Shown here piece after piece: positions 26,103 through 64,000 of a DNA stretch of 64,000 bases. Numbering within the stretch: position 1 is the first letter of the stretch; each line of letters opens with the position of its first letter. The translations under genes were made by a program, and so were the position numbers. The stretch lies in the NCBI GenBank assembly GCA_963693365.1, contig CAVNZM010000003.1:10772988-10836987 (forward strand), in the 5' to 3' direction. The notes beneath the pieces were generated by a model, which ran no database searches, was not told the origin of the DNA, and was given only the letters and a program-made list of their open reading frames with translations. The DNA is from Amoebidium appalachense (lineage: Eukaryota > Protista > Ichthyosporea).

Positions 26103-27459
26103 ATGTATTCAAAGTCTATTTCCTGTTGTGCTGTTCTGGCAGTTCTCGCCCTATCATCCGCAGTAATCCAAGGAGCACCTTTGCGCCACACACGGGCAAA
26201 CTCTCTCCGCCACGTCTCTACCAGCTCTTCCAACTCCCACCCTTCCAACGCTAATGAAACGAGCAGCGCGGAATACGTTATCTGGTCTTGGTCAGACGAT
26301 GAAGGAGACAAAAACTACGAGATTGGAATCTCGTGGCCATGCGACCCTAACGCAAATCATTACCAAGTGTGTTTTGACACAAAGGAACAGGACTGCGAGG
26401 GAGGGGATGAGTTTTCCGTGCACACGAGCAGGTGTGTGCAGGTTAGCAACTCCACGTGCGCGTACAACACGGGTGATTCCCAGTCTACATTCGGCTGCAA
26501 AATAGCTTATTCAAACGTTGTCGTTACTGCGTTTATGCAAGGAAACACATCTTCTACCTTCGTTGCGAGCCAGGTTGACTCCCTTCCAGGTCTGCAAAAA
26601 CAATGCACCAAAAACCCAGACGACGAAAATGCACAATACATCGACGTCAACAGCCTGAAAGCAGGCGAATTTATCACCGTTGACGAGCCAGAGTTGGTCC
26701 CCATCACAGCCACATGGGCTCGAAATCGACAACTCGGACAAAATCTCAGCGATCGAAGTTTGTTTCTACACCAACCTGCAACCTTGGGCCCCCGGATACA
26801 TGGGCTCAACGCAACAATCCATCACATGCACCATTGTTCCTCCCACCTCCACAAATGCCACCGCAATCGTCAACGTCACCCAAGGCGCGCTTTCAGTAAA
26901 CGCACTTGTGCGGCCCCTTCCTAGCTGCCTTCTAGACGCTCTCAGCAGCGCGCCGAACGGTTGGCAGTCCGGCCCAAGTGCGTACCCTCGTCAACTGTAC
27001 ACGGAGATGGCGTATCAAAACTTCAGCAACCCAGAAGTGTACAACTGCACAGCGGCAAACACAGACGGGACACTTATCGGCGCCGCGTGCGGGTCTGAGA
27101 ACACCCTGCGGGTCGTGCACGAGCCCGAATGGACACCGTGCCTCCCTTCCACAGAGGGCGTGCCACTGCAGCACTCAACAACAGGCCTGTGCGTTTCTGT
27201 TTCCGGGTCAAAGAATTCCGAAGCAGTTCTTGCAGAGTGTGACGGGTCGGAGGAGCAGCAGTGGGTGGGGTATGAATGTGATAAACCCCCCTCGGCTCAG
27301 TACGCGACAATGAATTTGCGCAATGTAGCTTCGGATTTATGTTTGTTTTCCACCGAGGAGGGGGGTATGACTATGGGTAAATGCAACAATGCACAGTCCG
27401 GTAGCAGCGGGGTATTCCAGTTGACCCTGGCCCCAGCCAGCGGCACTTATCAGCCGTAA
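26103..27459 (+). CDS. Intronless secreted Cys-containing protein with C-terminal ricin-B (beta-trefoil) lectin domain; apparent 1-nt frameshift at ~26716
   Basis: Signal peptide MYSKSISCCAVLAVLALSSAVIQG; C-terminus LQHSTTGLCVSV...LAECDGSEEQQW...LRNVASDLCL...MGKC (QxW pattern). ORFs 25827..26924 and 26680..27459 join at ACATGGGCTCGAA. Confidence 0.75.
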
Positions 27460-29972
27460 ATTCATAAATATATCTGTATATTTGGTGTACATATGTGTAA
27501 GGGATCAAACTTAATAAAACATTTGTACATAACTTACCTTGCTGACTACTAACAGTGGTTATTGTGACGTTGGATCCACCTTGAATTGCCGAGGGCCCCC
27601 TTCTTCCACAATTACTGTAACCCCCCCCCCCCCCCCCCCTCCTCCCCTCCTTTTGCTCCCTCCCCCCTGCTTCCTGGCCCTGTTTCCCTCTATGAATAAC
27701 CCTGGCCCTCCCTGCTCCTCTCTCTGCTTGCCCCACTCCGAATCCCCCCCCCCCCCCCCCCCCCCTTCCCCCAGCCCTCCCCCGCTCCCCCGCCCCAACA
27801 CCCCCGAGATTACATTGTTACAACGACCCACACACCACACAACCACACCCCGCCCTACCCTTTGGTATGAATGGTGTTTGGCCTGAGCAAAGGGCGTCGT
27901 AAAAAGGAGATGAATGCTTTAAATGTCAGACATAGCAGTACGTGCATATGCACAAGTTTCTTTTTCACAGTTTCCATTTGTATATCACGGAATGTGTCCT
28001 AGGTTTTTTTTACCCCCCCCCCCCCCCCCCCCAAACTCCCTCTCTCACTCTTCCCCTCCCCCTCCCCTCCCTCCCCCCCCCCTCCTCCTCCCCCCCCCCC
28101 CCCCCCCCCCCCCCATCTCTCCGCCCCCTCCCCCCCACCCCCCCCCCCCCCCCCCCCAAACCGCCCCGCCCCTCGTTATTTCTTTTTTCATAGTTTAAAT
28201 ACCACCCCCGTTTTAAAAGGTTTGCCTATAACACCGTTGTTGGATGGGTACCGGCGGCATCACAGAAGAAAGGTTATCATATACAGGCTGTCACCCGGTT
28301 GTATTAAGACTTGTGGAACGACCAACGGCGTAAAATACACACAGTGCATATATCATTGAACATTTCCTTCCGAATTCCTTTTTTTTTATCATTGAGCTTT
28401 TCTCTCCTTGTTCTTCCCTTCTTTATTTTATTTGATATTTTTTTTTCTTTTTTGGCAAATGTGTGTGTGTGTGTGTGTGTGTGCGTATGCGCGCGCGCGC
28501 ATGTGTGTGGTGTGTGGGTGTGCGTATGCATGCATGTGTGCTTGCGTGTGCGCGCGCACGTGTCACGGCCGTGCGCGAGTGCACTTTTGCGTGCGCGTGC
28601 ACGTGTGTGTAGGTTTGAGAGCCGGGTAAGTGGGTGAGTGTGTGTTTTCACGGGGGGAGGGGGGGCATCCTTCAGGGGGGGAAGGGTACTACAGAGGTTT
28701 GGACGGGCCAGGGGGCGCGGGGAGGCGGGAGGGGGGGGAGGCAGGAGACGACAGCTGAGGGTGGGTGGGTGTGGGGAGGAGGGGGTGGGGAGGGAAGAGT
28801 GGCGAGGTAAGAAGGCAACCGACAAATGCAAACCTGAGGCTGAGGGCCAAGGCAAATCTGTCCGTGGTTCGATACGTTAGCTTATATGTGTGCTCATAGC
28901 GCAATTTATAAATGTACATGACCAGGGCTTAGGAACAAAAGCGAGCTGAGAAGGCGCACTCTCCCTTTCCATCGCAACAGCGGCTGTTAGGATAGATTCC
29001 CCTTCCTCCCCCCCCTCCCTCCCCCCCCCCCTCCCCTCCCCCTCCCCCCCCCCCCCCCCCCCAACCACCACACACGCACACACACATACACACACAAAAA
29101 AAAACTTTGAAAAAAAAAAAAGGGAAAAAAAGAAAGGCTGAGGGTGACATGAGCACCCTAGGCGGGAAGCATTACATTTAAGGATAGAGAGGGGGGAAGG
29201 GGACCGGGGGAGGGGGGGGGGGGGGGGGGGGAGGGGGGGGAGGGGAGGGGGCAGTATAGTGAATTTCGTGGGCTTTGGGAATAGGAAGTTCTTGAATCGG
29301 TTGGCTGGCTGATGTATATGTCGACAATAAACGGCACATTCCTGCTCCGGTTGATTTACTACAAAATGCCGGTGTTGGTAACTATACATGGTGTTGATAT
29401 TATTAATACACTCGCCTTTAATCAACACCAGTCAAATGTCGACGCTCTGTGGGCCCAGCCCAACCAACAACTGTACATATCCGTCAAATATATGTACAGA
29501 GTCGGTAGGGTTTTAGAAATTTAAAGATAAAATCCAAAGCAGGAGGGAAACAAGATAAAATTCTAGACAGGGAGACGGGGGGGAGAGAGGAGGGGGAGGA
29601 CTCGGGGAAGAAAACAACAAAAACTGCAGGATTAATATTCTCTAACCGTTCACAAGAAGATAGATGCTTTTTTTGGGGGGGGGGGGGGAAGCACTCTGTG
29701 CCGAAAAATACACCGTCCAACCTTCTATTTCTTTCATTCAACCTGTATAGTACATCTGCCCAGTATAGGATCACCCCACACGATTTTTCGAAGTATGCTC
29801 TCTCCCATATCACGTTAAAAACTCTATCGTGTTCACCTGTGAACACGTTTACCCCCCCCCCCCCCCCCCCCTCCCCCTCAAAAAAAAAAAAAAAAAAAAA
29901 AAGAAAAAAGAAAAATACGTGTCTACAAATGTGTCATGTTTTGCACATGTGCAAAGTACCGTGGGCCATCGA

Positions 29973-30836
29973 CTACTGCTTTTTGGTCTTCATCTCCCGT
30001 CCCTGCATCCACGTCCTATACCCCTGGTCCGTACCATGCAGATAATCCAGAATACCCAAAAGCCCGAAATTTCCTGTAAATGCCATGTGATGGTAGTCAT
30101 GGGCACTAACAGAGGGCATCCCAGGTAGCTGATACCCAGAGTGAACGTTAATGGTGTTGATGAGTGCAAGCGCAATCCAAAGCCACAAGGTGACAATGTG
30201 CGAACCAAGGAGAATGGGGCCCAAGATCACCGGAATCGTGTTAGAAAACACGAATTCAATGGGGTGCGCATATATCGCCGTGAGGCCAACGGGCGCCGTA
30301 AACTCGTGATGCTGCTTGTGGTAGTGCTTGTAGACTGCCGGGTGGTGAAGGAGCCTATGGCTGTAGTAGAAAAGTAGCTCAACAATGAACACGGAGATAA
30401 ACATGTCGCTCACTATCTCCTTGTTTGATGGGAGTTCACGGGTAAATCTGCCACCGAAAGCCGGGAAAAGAGGGTAGAGAATGCACAAGCCGATGATCGG
30501 GTTCCATACAAAGCTGTTCATGGCCACACCACGGACCGCCTTTAAGTACTCCTGCACAGTAACGTACTTATCCGGTTGCACCTTCAGAGACGACACGGCA
30601 TTGTGGAGAGATGTCAGGTCGAAAAGTGCAAAAATACCGGAAACACCCCAGTAAACGACGAAGAAAACGGTAAAAGTTCCGGCGGTGAGGAGGGTCTGTT
30701 CGGAATACCGGTTCAAGAGGTATTCCCACGCAGGTTGAATGTGTGAGTGTTTAAGGAAACCGAAGGCCAGGGCCAAAATGACGTATGCAATGTTTTCGGA
30801 AGGGCTCCCGAACTTGACGGTCTCGAGAAGTGACAT
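29973..30836 (-). CDS. Fatty acid hydroxylase / sterol desaturase family membrane enzyme (FAXDC2-like), intronless CDS
   Basis: His boxes HRLLH, HKQHH, HSGY and HDYHH, plus YAHPIE and [15 protein letters not shown]; several hydrophobic segments. Confidence 0.93.
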   Translation of the reverse strand: MSLLETVKFGSPSENIAYVILALAFGFLKHSHIQPAWEYLLNRYSEQTLLTAGTFTVFFVVYWGVSGIFALFDLTSLHNAVSSLKVQPDKYVTVQEYLKAVRGVAMNSFVWNPIIGLCILYPLFPAFGGRFTRELPSNKEIVSDMFISVFIVELLFYYSHRLLHHPAVYKHYHKQHHEFTAPVGLTAIYAHPIEFVFSNTIPVILGPILLGSHIVTLWLWIALALINTINVHSGYQLPGMPSVSAHDYHHMAFTGNFGLLGILDYLHGTDQGYRTWMQGREMKTKKQ

Positions 30837-30840
30837 GGTG

Positions 30841-30873
<33 letters not shown>

Positions 30874-33170
30874 AGGGGAGAAGGTGGTGGTGTTGGTTGG
30901 TGGAGAGGGGATGGGGTAGAAGGCTACCCGGGACGGATAGAGTGGGACGGAGAGGTGAGGGACAAGGGAGAGGGGCAAACGGGGGCAAGGGGCAGGGGTG
31001 GAGGGGCGGAGGAAAAGGGGGCTAGCCTCAGTTTTACGGATCTAGGGAATGAGGATCTAAAGCTAAACACCTACCGGTAGAATAAATAACAAACAATATA
31101 AAGGTAGCTTGCTACCCTTGTGGAAAGGAAGTAAGAGGACGAGGGGTTGACGAACAACGAAAGGCTCAAGTGAGATGCTAAACAATAAATATAGAAAGCG
31201 AAGGACAGAAGGATGTTTCATGAATGTCGACGGCTATGTCTGAGAGCTGGCTTTGTGACCAGGCACCGGAGCACAAAGGCGAACACAACGGCGAATTGAA
31301 TTACGCTCGCCGTCCAAGTGCAAAAAAAAAAGCAAAAAAAAAAACTAAGTTGCTCAGGGCAGAGCGCCGTGTTTGTTGCTTTTTATAGGTCTCCCTGCCC
31401 CCCTCAAACCCACAGCAAAGGGGGGTTCATATTAATAGAAACAAAACAAAAAGCTACATGTCTATTCCGATTTCCGAATTTCCGATTTGATTGTATCTCG
31501 TTTGCTTTCAGCTTCTAACAACGTAGCCAATTATTCAGCTTATCATCCTTAGTTTATCAAAACAGATAATTCAAAAGAGCCGGTGTTCTAAAGTGACTTT
31601 AGATGTTAAAAGAAGACTAAGGCTTCATAATCATTTTGTGACCACAAATTTCTTTTTTCAGCATTTGGACCCCAATTTCCGAAAATCCCATGGACGTGAG
31701 CCTCTTGGGCCGGGGTGGCACCTATTGGCAGATATTGCTTGCGGGTGACGTCACAGTTGTGCAAGTGTGTCGTCACTGTCGTGGCACAACAGTGGCCGCT
31801 GTACGATCACGTGGCACATTGTGTCCACATGTACTGTACGGGGTGACACGTGCACGCACAGTCCGGCCCAGCCTCCCATGACGCCGGCGGATTCATAACA
31901 TAATGTACACGACCTGAGTACCCATCAGTACACGACTTGAGTACCCATCAATACATTAGTACATGTTCGTTTGGCTGGGAGGGTGTTTGGGAAAGTGGGA
32001 AAGGGTCCGGTTGGTGGGTGGGTGGACGCGTGTGTTTGTGTGTGTGTGTGAGGGGGAGGGAGAGGATGACAGAGGAAGAGCTATGTACCTTCATGCACAT
32101 GCAGCAGATAAATATAGCCTATATGTATAGTAATGTTTCAGCTGCCCGTTATAACTATGCGAAGATTTGTCGGACAAACACCCCCCTCCTGCCCCCACCC
32201 CCCCGAACTCCTTTGTGTATCTACCCTTTCACACAAAGGTTCAAACATGCTTGCTTGCTGCTCACTCATTCTAAACGTGTGCCTCCCCGTCCCCGAATGG
32301 CCACTTTCCGGCACGAGCTCCCTAATTCCCCTTTCTGGACCAAGCCGCAGGTGTTCACGCTAACACATTCTTGAGGTCGGCCATACTGACATTGCTTTAG
32401 GTAACTCCTGGCATCAGCAAAAATACAAACACACACACGAGCATACGTGCGCACACACATATGCACATACGCACGTATAAACTACCTCCCTTGCTCTGAC
32501 GCTTCCCCGTTAACAGTCTCGTTAACAGCAGTGAACACACACGACACACGCACACACAAACACACGTGTAAACACACACACACACACTGACAGAGAAGCA
32601 CAATATGCATGTAAGCACACATAACACACAGATACCCACCAACCCATCCACCCACACACGCGTGAAACCCCATACGTGTACACGTGCGATCGCTAGTCAA
32701 CGCCCGGAAAAAACCAAACACCTCCGCGTCAACACAAATGTCCACACCCCGCCCGCATGCGCACGCACGTGCACGACGTCCGCACGTGCACACACACACG
32801 CACACACATGCACGCACGCACGCACACGCACGCACGCATACACACACACATACACACAAAGAGATACATGAACTTGCACACATTATCATAGCGTCGGCGT
32901 CAGGCACATAGAGGCGTCACAGAAACATGCGCACAGTAAAGTACAACACATGCCTGCCCTTAACTGATCGGAATGAAGGTGCACTTGGAAGAAGCTAATG
33001 GTGGTGGGGGAGGGGAGGGGGGGAGGTGATGTGGGGTGGGGAGGGAAAAGAGAGGTGCGTGGGAGGGGATTTGAGGGGAATAAAGGAGGCGGTCGTGGGG
33101 GGGTGGTGGTGGAATCCGATGGACTCACAACCACCTATCAGTTGTATTGGGTGGGGCCAGGGGGGAGGGG

Positions 33171-33207
<37 letters not shown>

Positions 33208-34011
33208 CAACAACCCCTTCGAAAGTTAGCTGGAAGAAGTGCGGGAGAAGGGGACCCATCACCCAGTCGAGTAGACCCTCCTGTTTTACTTTTCAATTTC
33301 AACTTGAAAATCTCTCCGAGCACAGCAGTTTGTTTATGTTTGAAGTTCCGTATAACGTTACTTTGCAAAACATTTACCTCATTAGGTAACTTGGACTGTC
33401 TTTTAGCCAATCATAGCACTTCCCTCCAAAACCTTGTCCTTGCGCACCAGAATCTAGATCTAGCCTTCGCCCGCGCCACTCTCCGCCGCGCCACGAAAAA
33501 GCCACTCTGCACGCCAGCATGACAGGCGCAGGCACCTACTCCCTCTTGCTTAGCCTTCTTCCTGCGCGCACACACTTGCAAACATGCCGGGCGCTAGCAC
33601 GGAAAGCATAGAACCAGAAAACGCACGCGCTAACTATACCACCCCAGCCCCATTTCCCCACCCCGCCTCTGACAAACCAACGCCCACTCAAACCAAATTT
33701 AAACCTCCTTCTCCGTCCTATCAAGCCCCAGCCCTTCAACTCCCCGTTTCCACGCCCCTTCCAGGCTGGCTTCGCACCCGCATCGTTTACGCAAAAACCA
33801 CCTCAAGCCAAAACGGAGCTCGTATGACCCTGCCACGGATCAGTTTGTAGTCGCCGGAAGCGAAAAAAAACCCCAAATCGAAACCCCATCACAACCGCAG
33901 AAAACCGGTTTTTACGGCGCGTTCACACCAACAACCCCGGCACCGGTACCTCTGCTAACCCCTGCCGAGTTTCCCGTATTTCACCCTTCAACGTCAAAAG
34001 GAAACGAAACC

Positions 34012-59922
<25,911 letters not shown>

Positions 59923-60340
59923 TAAATCACAAAAGGTGGCACGTCCTGTGGCCGTGCTGGAAACACAGCAAGTCATATGTGCACACGAGGGGCAGTGGTT
60001 CCGTCGTTTCCCCAAATTATAGTCCGTGTAACTTGGCGTGTGGGTCAGAGCGTATGCAATTTGGTGTGGGTGCGCATTTATTTTGCGTGGGTAAAGGTGT
60101 GGGTGCGCACATTTATCATGTGAAATGCCCATATGTGCGACATGTCTATATCTATTGCAGAAACTGTGTAACTACTTGTTAACCGTTTGCTGTCTTGCGG
60201 TACCGTTGCTCGTGTTGACCACACTGTACGTGAATTCATGCTGGCGCAATTGACTGTGCATGTGTGTGTGTCTCTGTGCACGTGTGGTTGGGTGGGTCAC
60301 GGGGTAGGTGGGTGGTGATCGGTAATAATGATGGTGGTGA

Positions 60341-60380
<40 letters not shown>

Positions 60381-60390
60381 GGTGTGGGTG

Positions 60391-60520
<130 letters not shown>

Positions 60521-60699
60521 TAATGGCGGGCCTCTAGCTGATTTGCATTTATTTTTATTAATGCCACCATGTATGTGACCACATGTCCCGACACACATAA
60601 CCAGCGAAACACATTTCTCCTGAGGCTAGTAACAACAATTCTGGCGTGAATGCGCCAGAGTAATAATTACCAGCAAAACACATTTCTCCTGAGGCTAGT

Positions 60700-61536
60700 A
60701 ACAACAATTCTGGCGTTGACAGCTGGCCATCTTGCTGATGTGGGCAGCCAGGTCACTGGCAGCAGTAGAACCCCGGGTATTGGTGATAGTGGAGTCATCG
60801 ACGTAGTTACCAGCCCGGACCACATCGTTGTTGGGGAAGAACCGCAGGTAGATGCACGGGTCAGTCTTAGTACGGGTCAGACTCTGGGCAAGAAGGACTC
60901 GACCGTTGAGAAAGTCGTACCAGGCCTTGGAGGCTTGCTTGAGGCCGTACAGAGCTTTCTTGAGTCTCCAGACCTTGCCAAGGGTGGCCATGGTGATGAA
61001 TCCCGGTGGCTGTTTCATGTAGATGGTCTCGGTGAGTGGGCTGTTGAGAAAGGCCGTAGACACGTCGAGTTGATGGATGTCATGACCTTCAACAACGGCC
61101 ACCTGAGGGCAAGGATGGCACGGAGAGCAGCCGGATGACGGATGACAGGGCTCTCAATCAACTCATAGTCAACACCGTATTGCTGACTGAAGCCTTGAGC
61201 AACACCACGGGCCTTGATCTTGGTGTCACCAGCCGAGTTGAGAGTTTTCTCAGAGACAATCCACTTGAAGCCGACGATGTTAGCACCAGGGGGAGGGTCA
61301 ACGAGTTCAAAGACGTCTTTGTCGACGAAGGCTTGATACTCAGCAGTAAGGGCTGACTTGACCTGGTCACCATTGGGGCCGGAGCACAGTTGACGGACAT
61401 GTTTTGGTAGCTGGTCGATGTTCAAGTTGATGGCAGGGCCGGGGGGAACAGGCAGGGTAGTGGTGGCTTGAAGGCCAACCTTGCCTTGCAAACGGGCAAA
61501 ACGACGGGGTGGAGGAACAGGGGTGGGAGCCTCGGA

Positions 61537-61574
<38 letters not shown>

Positions 61575-62339
61575 AGGTCGGAATAGCAGGGGGGTGGACC
61601 TCAGGGCTTGACGGGGCCGAGTGGAAATTGTTGGGGGAGCCGGGTCGGATGGGGGTGACGTTGCCAGAGGCTTGATGGACCTCAGCAGGCTGAACGGGCA
61701 CGGGAGCAGGGGGGCCGGTGGGGGGGGGGTGTTGGGGGAACGAGAACAGCAGGAAGGGAGTCGGAGTCCACCAGGCAAACGTCATCATCAGTCTCAACGG
61801 TGGTGGGTGGGGTGACCGAGGTGTCAGGGGTGTCGGGGGCCGGGTCGGCAGTGCCGACGGGATCTCGGACGGGAGATAAGCTGATTCGTAAAAAAAATCA
61901 CATCACGGAAGAGGCCGACACGATGGGTGATGGTGTTGAAGATCCGATGGTGACAGTGTGATTGAAGATCGTACCCAATGTACATGCCGAGTTTGACCGT
62001 GGGGGCCAGCTTGTTCCGTTTGGAAGCTGGAACATGAGTGTAGGCAAGGCAACCAAACACTTTGAGCTCGGAGATGTCGGGCTTGACACCGTAGAAAACC
62101 TCGAACGGAGTACGACCGTTGGCAGCCGTGGACGGGGTGACGTTGACGATGTAGGCAGCATGTTGGAGGGGCTCAGCCCACAGTTTGGGGGAGAGAGACT
62201 GATCTCGGACTTGGTGGAGTAGACAACGAACAATCTCTTGGAGGAACCGCATACGATGTTCAACATAGCCGTTCAGTTGAGGGCAGTCCACCGGGGCATA
62301 ACTGGCCTTGATGCCCTGGGAGGTGCAAAAAGCACGGGT
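60700..62339 (-). mobile_element. Copia family A internal fragment (integrase C-terminus to RT), frameshifted and truncated
   Basis: NGYVEHR, TPFEVFYGVKPDISELKVFGC, MYIGYD, IVGFKW, KARGVAQGFSQQYGVDY, HQLDVSTAFLN, LKKALYGLKQ, YVDD. 62148-62339 matches 17106-17296. Confidence 0.93.
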
Positions 62340-64000
62340 TGTTGTAATATGTAGTATTTACATATTGTAAGATCTTCTCAGTTCGTGTTACTAGTGTTTT
62401 CATTCATTTACTTAGTGAAAGAGATGTGCTTACGGTACGTAAATTATGACATCGATCTCCACTGGAGTGTGTTTGAGTACTTGTAATCGTGTTGTGTCGG
62501 CTATATTCGTGTGTTTAAATATCGATTACAGCAACTGATTATAGGTACACGAGTCTACCCGGCCAGTGAGGGAGAAACGTGTACATATTTATGTGTACAT
62601 GAATGTCTTCGGTTACAACTTGAACTGTGTTCTCATGTTCGTGTTTTCTGTCCTGCTTTCTTTTCTTTTTCCTCTTTCTTCTTCTTTCTTTTCTCTTTCT
62701 TTCTTCTCTTGTTTCCTTTCACATAATTATATTTCTTTCTCACAAATATACGTTGAGTAGATTTATATTACTCGTTATGTTTTGATTGGTAGAAAAACAC
62801 TTAGGTTACACTTTAGCTTGTCATGTATGATTCATAGCTTAGTCAACCACTTTTGTTTTGTGTGTTGCCGTACTATACTATATCCAATCAGTGGACTTAG
62901 TCAGAAAATGTCTGAATCTTCAAAGTTTGTAGCCGATGAAAGGTTAGAAACATCGCCTCTTTCCTCGTTACTCTTCACCTCATTTCTTTCTTATAGCTGT
63001 GACCTATGGTGTGCGTTCCTGTGTCTCCGGATCTATCCGGGAAATAGTCAGTTAATTGTGATTGGTTATTTTAGACATAGATCTGATTTCCGACTGGTCG
63101 GAAATCATGTATGGATTTGACTTAAGGGAATTTCAGGTATTTATGCGAGATCAAAATAAATTGAGTTCAGTCGTGTCTAAACATTGATGTCTGTTGTGTA
63201 CACTGCTCCGATCGTTCCGTGTTTTGTTGTTGTGTGTTTGTGGTGTTTTCACACTGCACCACTGTGTCTCTGCTTCCGTCCCAACTACTTATATAATTTA
63301 ACAGGTTATGCAGCCCTTTTGCACGCTCCCTACACACATCTAGACCTAGCGATCGTTTTTCAATCATGGATCCAAACAAAACTGGTGTGAACAAAATAAT
63401 TATGTGAAAAGGTGAAGGGAAGACTGGTCCCGATAGCAAAACCACCTATTTTCAGTGGGAAATCATCTTTCTCGGCATGATGACCGGCACCAAAGGTGTC
63501 CGACTCGTGGATGTTGTGCTTGCTGACAACTACCTCCCCCCTACCACCGTCGCGGTCGACTTGAACTCCCCTTCTACGGCTACGGCACTGCCGCGGAACT
63601 CAAAGAGGCCCGCAATTGCCTCCTGCTCCATATGATTCAGAACATCGACCCTTCCGTGCTCACCACCGTCGCCCAGTACCGCATTGGCATGGACCCTGAA
63701 CGGGACATGTGGAAATTCCGTCAACACTACCTTCAAGGCAAACCCGATCAGATCCGCATCCTTCACCGTCATTGGGATGCCTGTGCCCTTCAGCCCGGTG
63801 AATCATTCACCACCTACCTGAGTCGTCTGCAGACCATCGTGAACCAGCTCCAGTCCCTCCAAGATGAGTCCATTCACTCAAGGCTTCACTCGTCTAGCTG
63901 AGAAGTTCTTCAATGAACTCACCACCCAAGACGACCTCACCCCTGGGTTCAACCGCCTCATCGAAGACTACCACTTCGGTGATAAGATATTCCCCGACTT
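62340..64000 (+). mobile_element. Copia family A element inserted in opposite orientation: 5' LTR 62340-63303, PBS 63304-63316, degenerate gag from 63366 running off the window
   Basis: TGTTG...TAACA LTR; GGTTATGCAGCCC; gag matches the 19263 copy but has an early TGA (~63405) and frameshifts. Confidence 0.95.

Noticed and set aside
31905-31955. 23-bp direct repeat gtacacgac.tgagtacccatca
   Set aside because: Two adjacent copies with no spacer; a simple tandem duplication.
32260-33520. Possible minus-strand gene divergent from the SNF2 gene
   Set aside because: Splice-like sites are present but no coherent ORF or motif; may be UTR or non-coding.

Overview
Eukaryotic, intron-rich genomic DNA. 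The lineage cannot be fixed from sequence; a unicellular holozoan or early-diverging opisthokont is only a guess. Introns are packed with poly-C/poly-G and (CA)n/(TG)n tracts, so most listed ORFs are artefacts. Host genes: the 3' end of a type I membrane protein with furin sites (1-777); a 4-exon trypsin-like protease (-, 3951-7058); an intronless secreted ricin-B lectin protein (26103-27459, one frameshift); an intronless fatty-acid-hydroxylase/sterol-desaturase gene (-, 29973-30836); and a ~36-exon PZP + SNF2 ATPase + tandem PHD gene (+, 34012-~59922). Mobile DNA: an APE/RT LINE (8064-15140) carrying two solo Copia LTRs, one with a second-family LTR nested inside it (all three with 5-bp TSDs); a truncated Copia inside a BEN-domain gene; a 5'-truncated LINE; MITE-like elements; and a Copia inserted in a Copia at the right edge. 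Best leads: intron ends made of complementary simple repeats (5' TG/G, 3' CA/C), the PZP-SNF2-PHD architecture, the BEN gene, a ZP-like membrane protein, decayed exon 'echo' duplications and an atypical half-tRNA primer-binding site.
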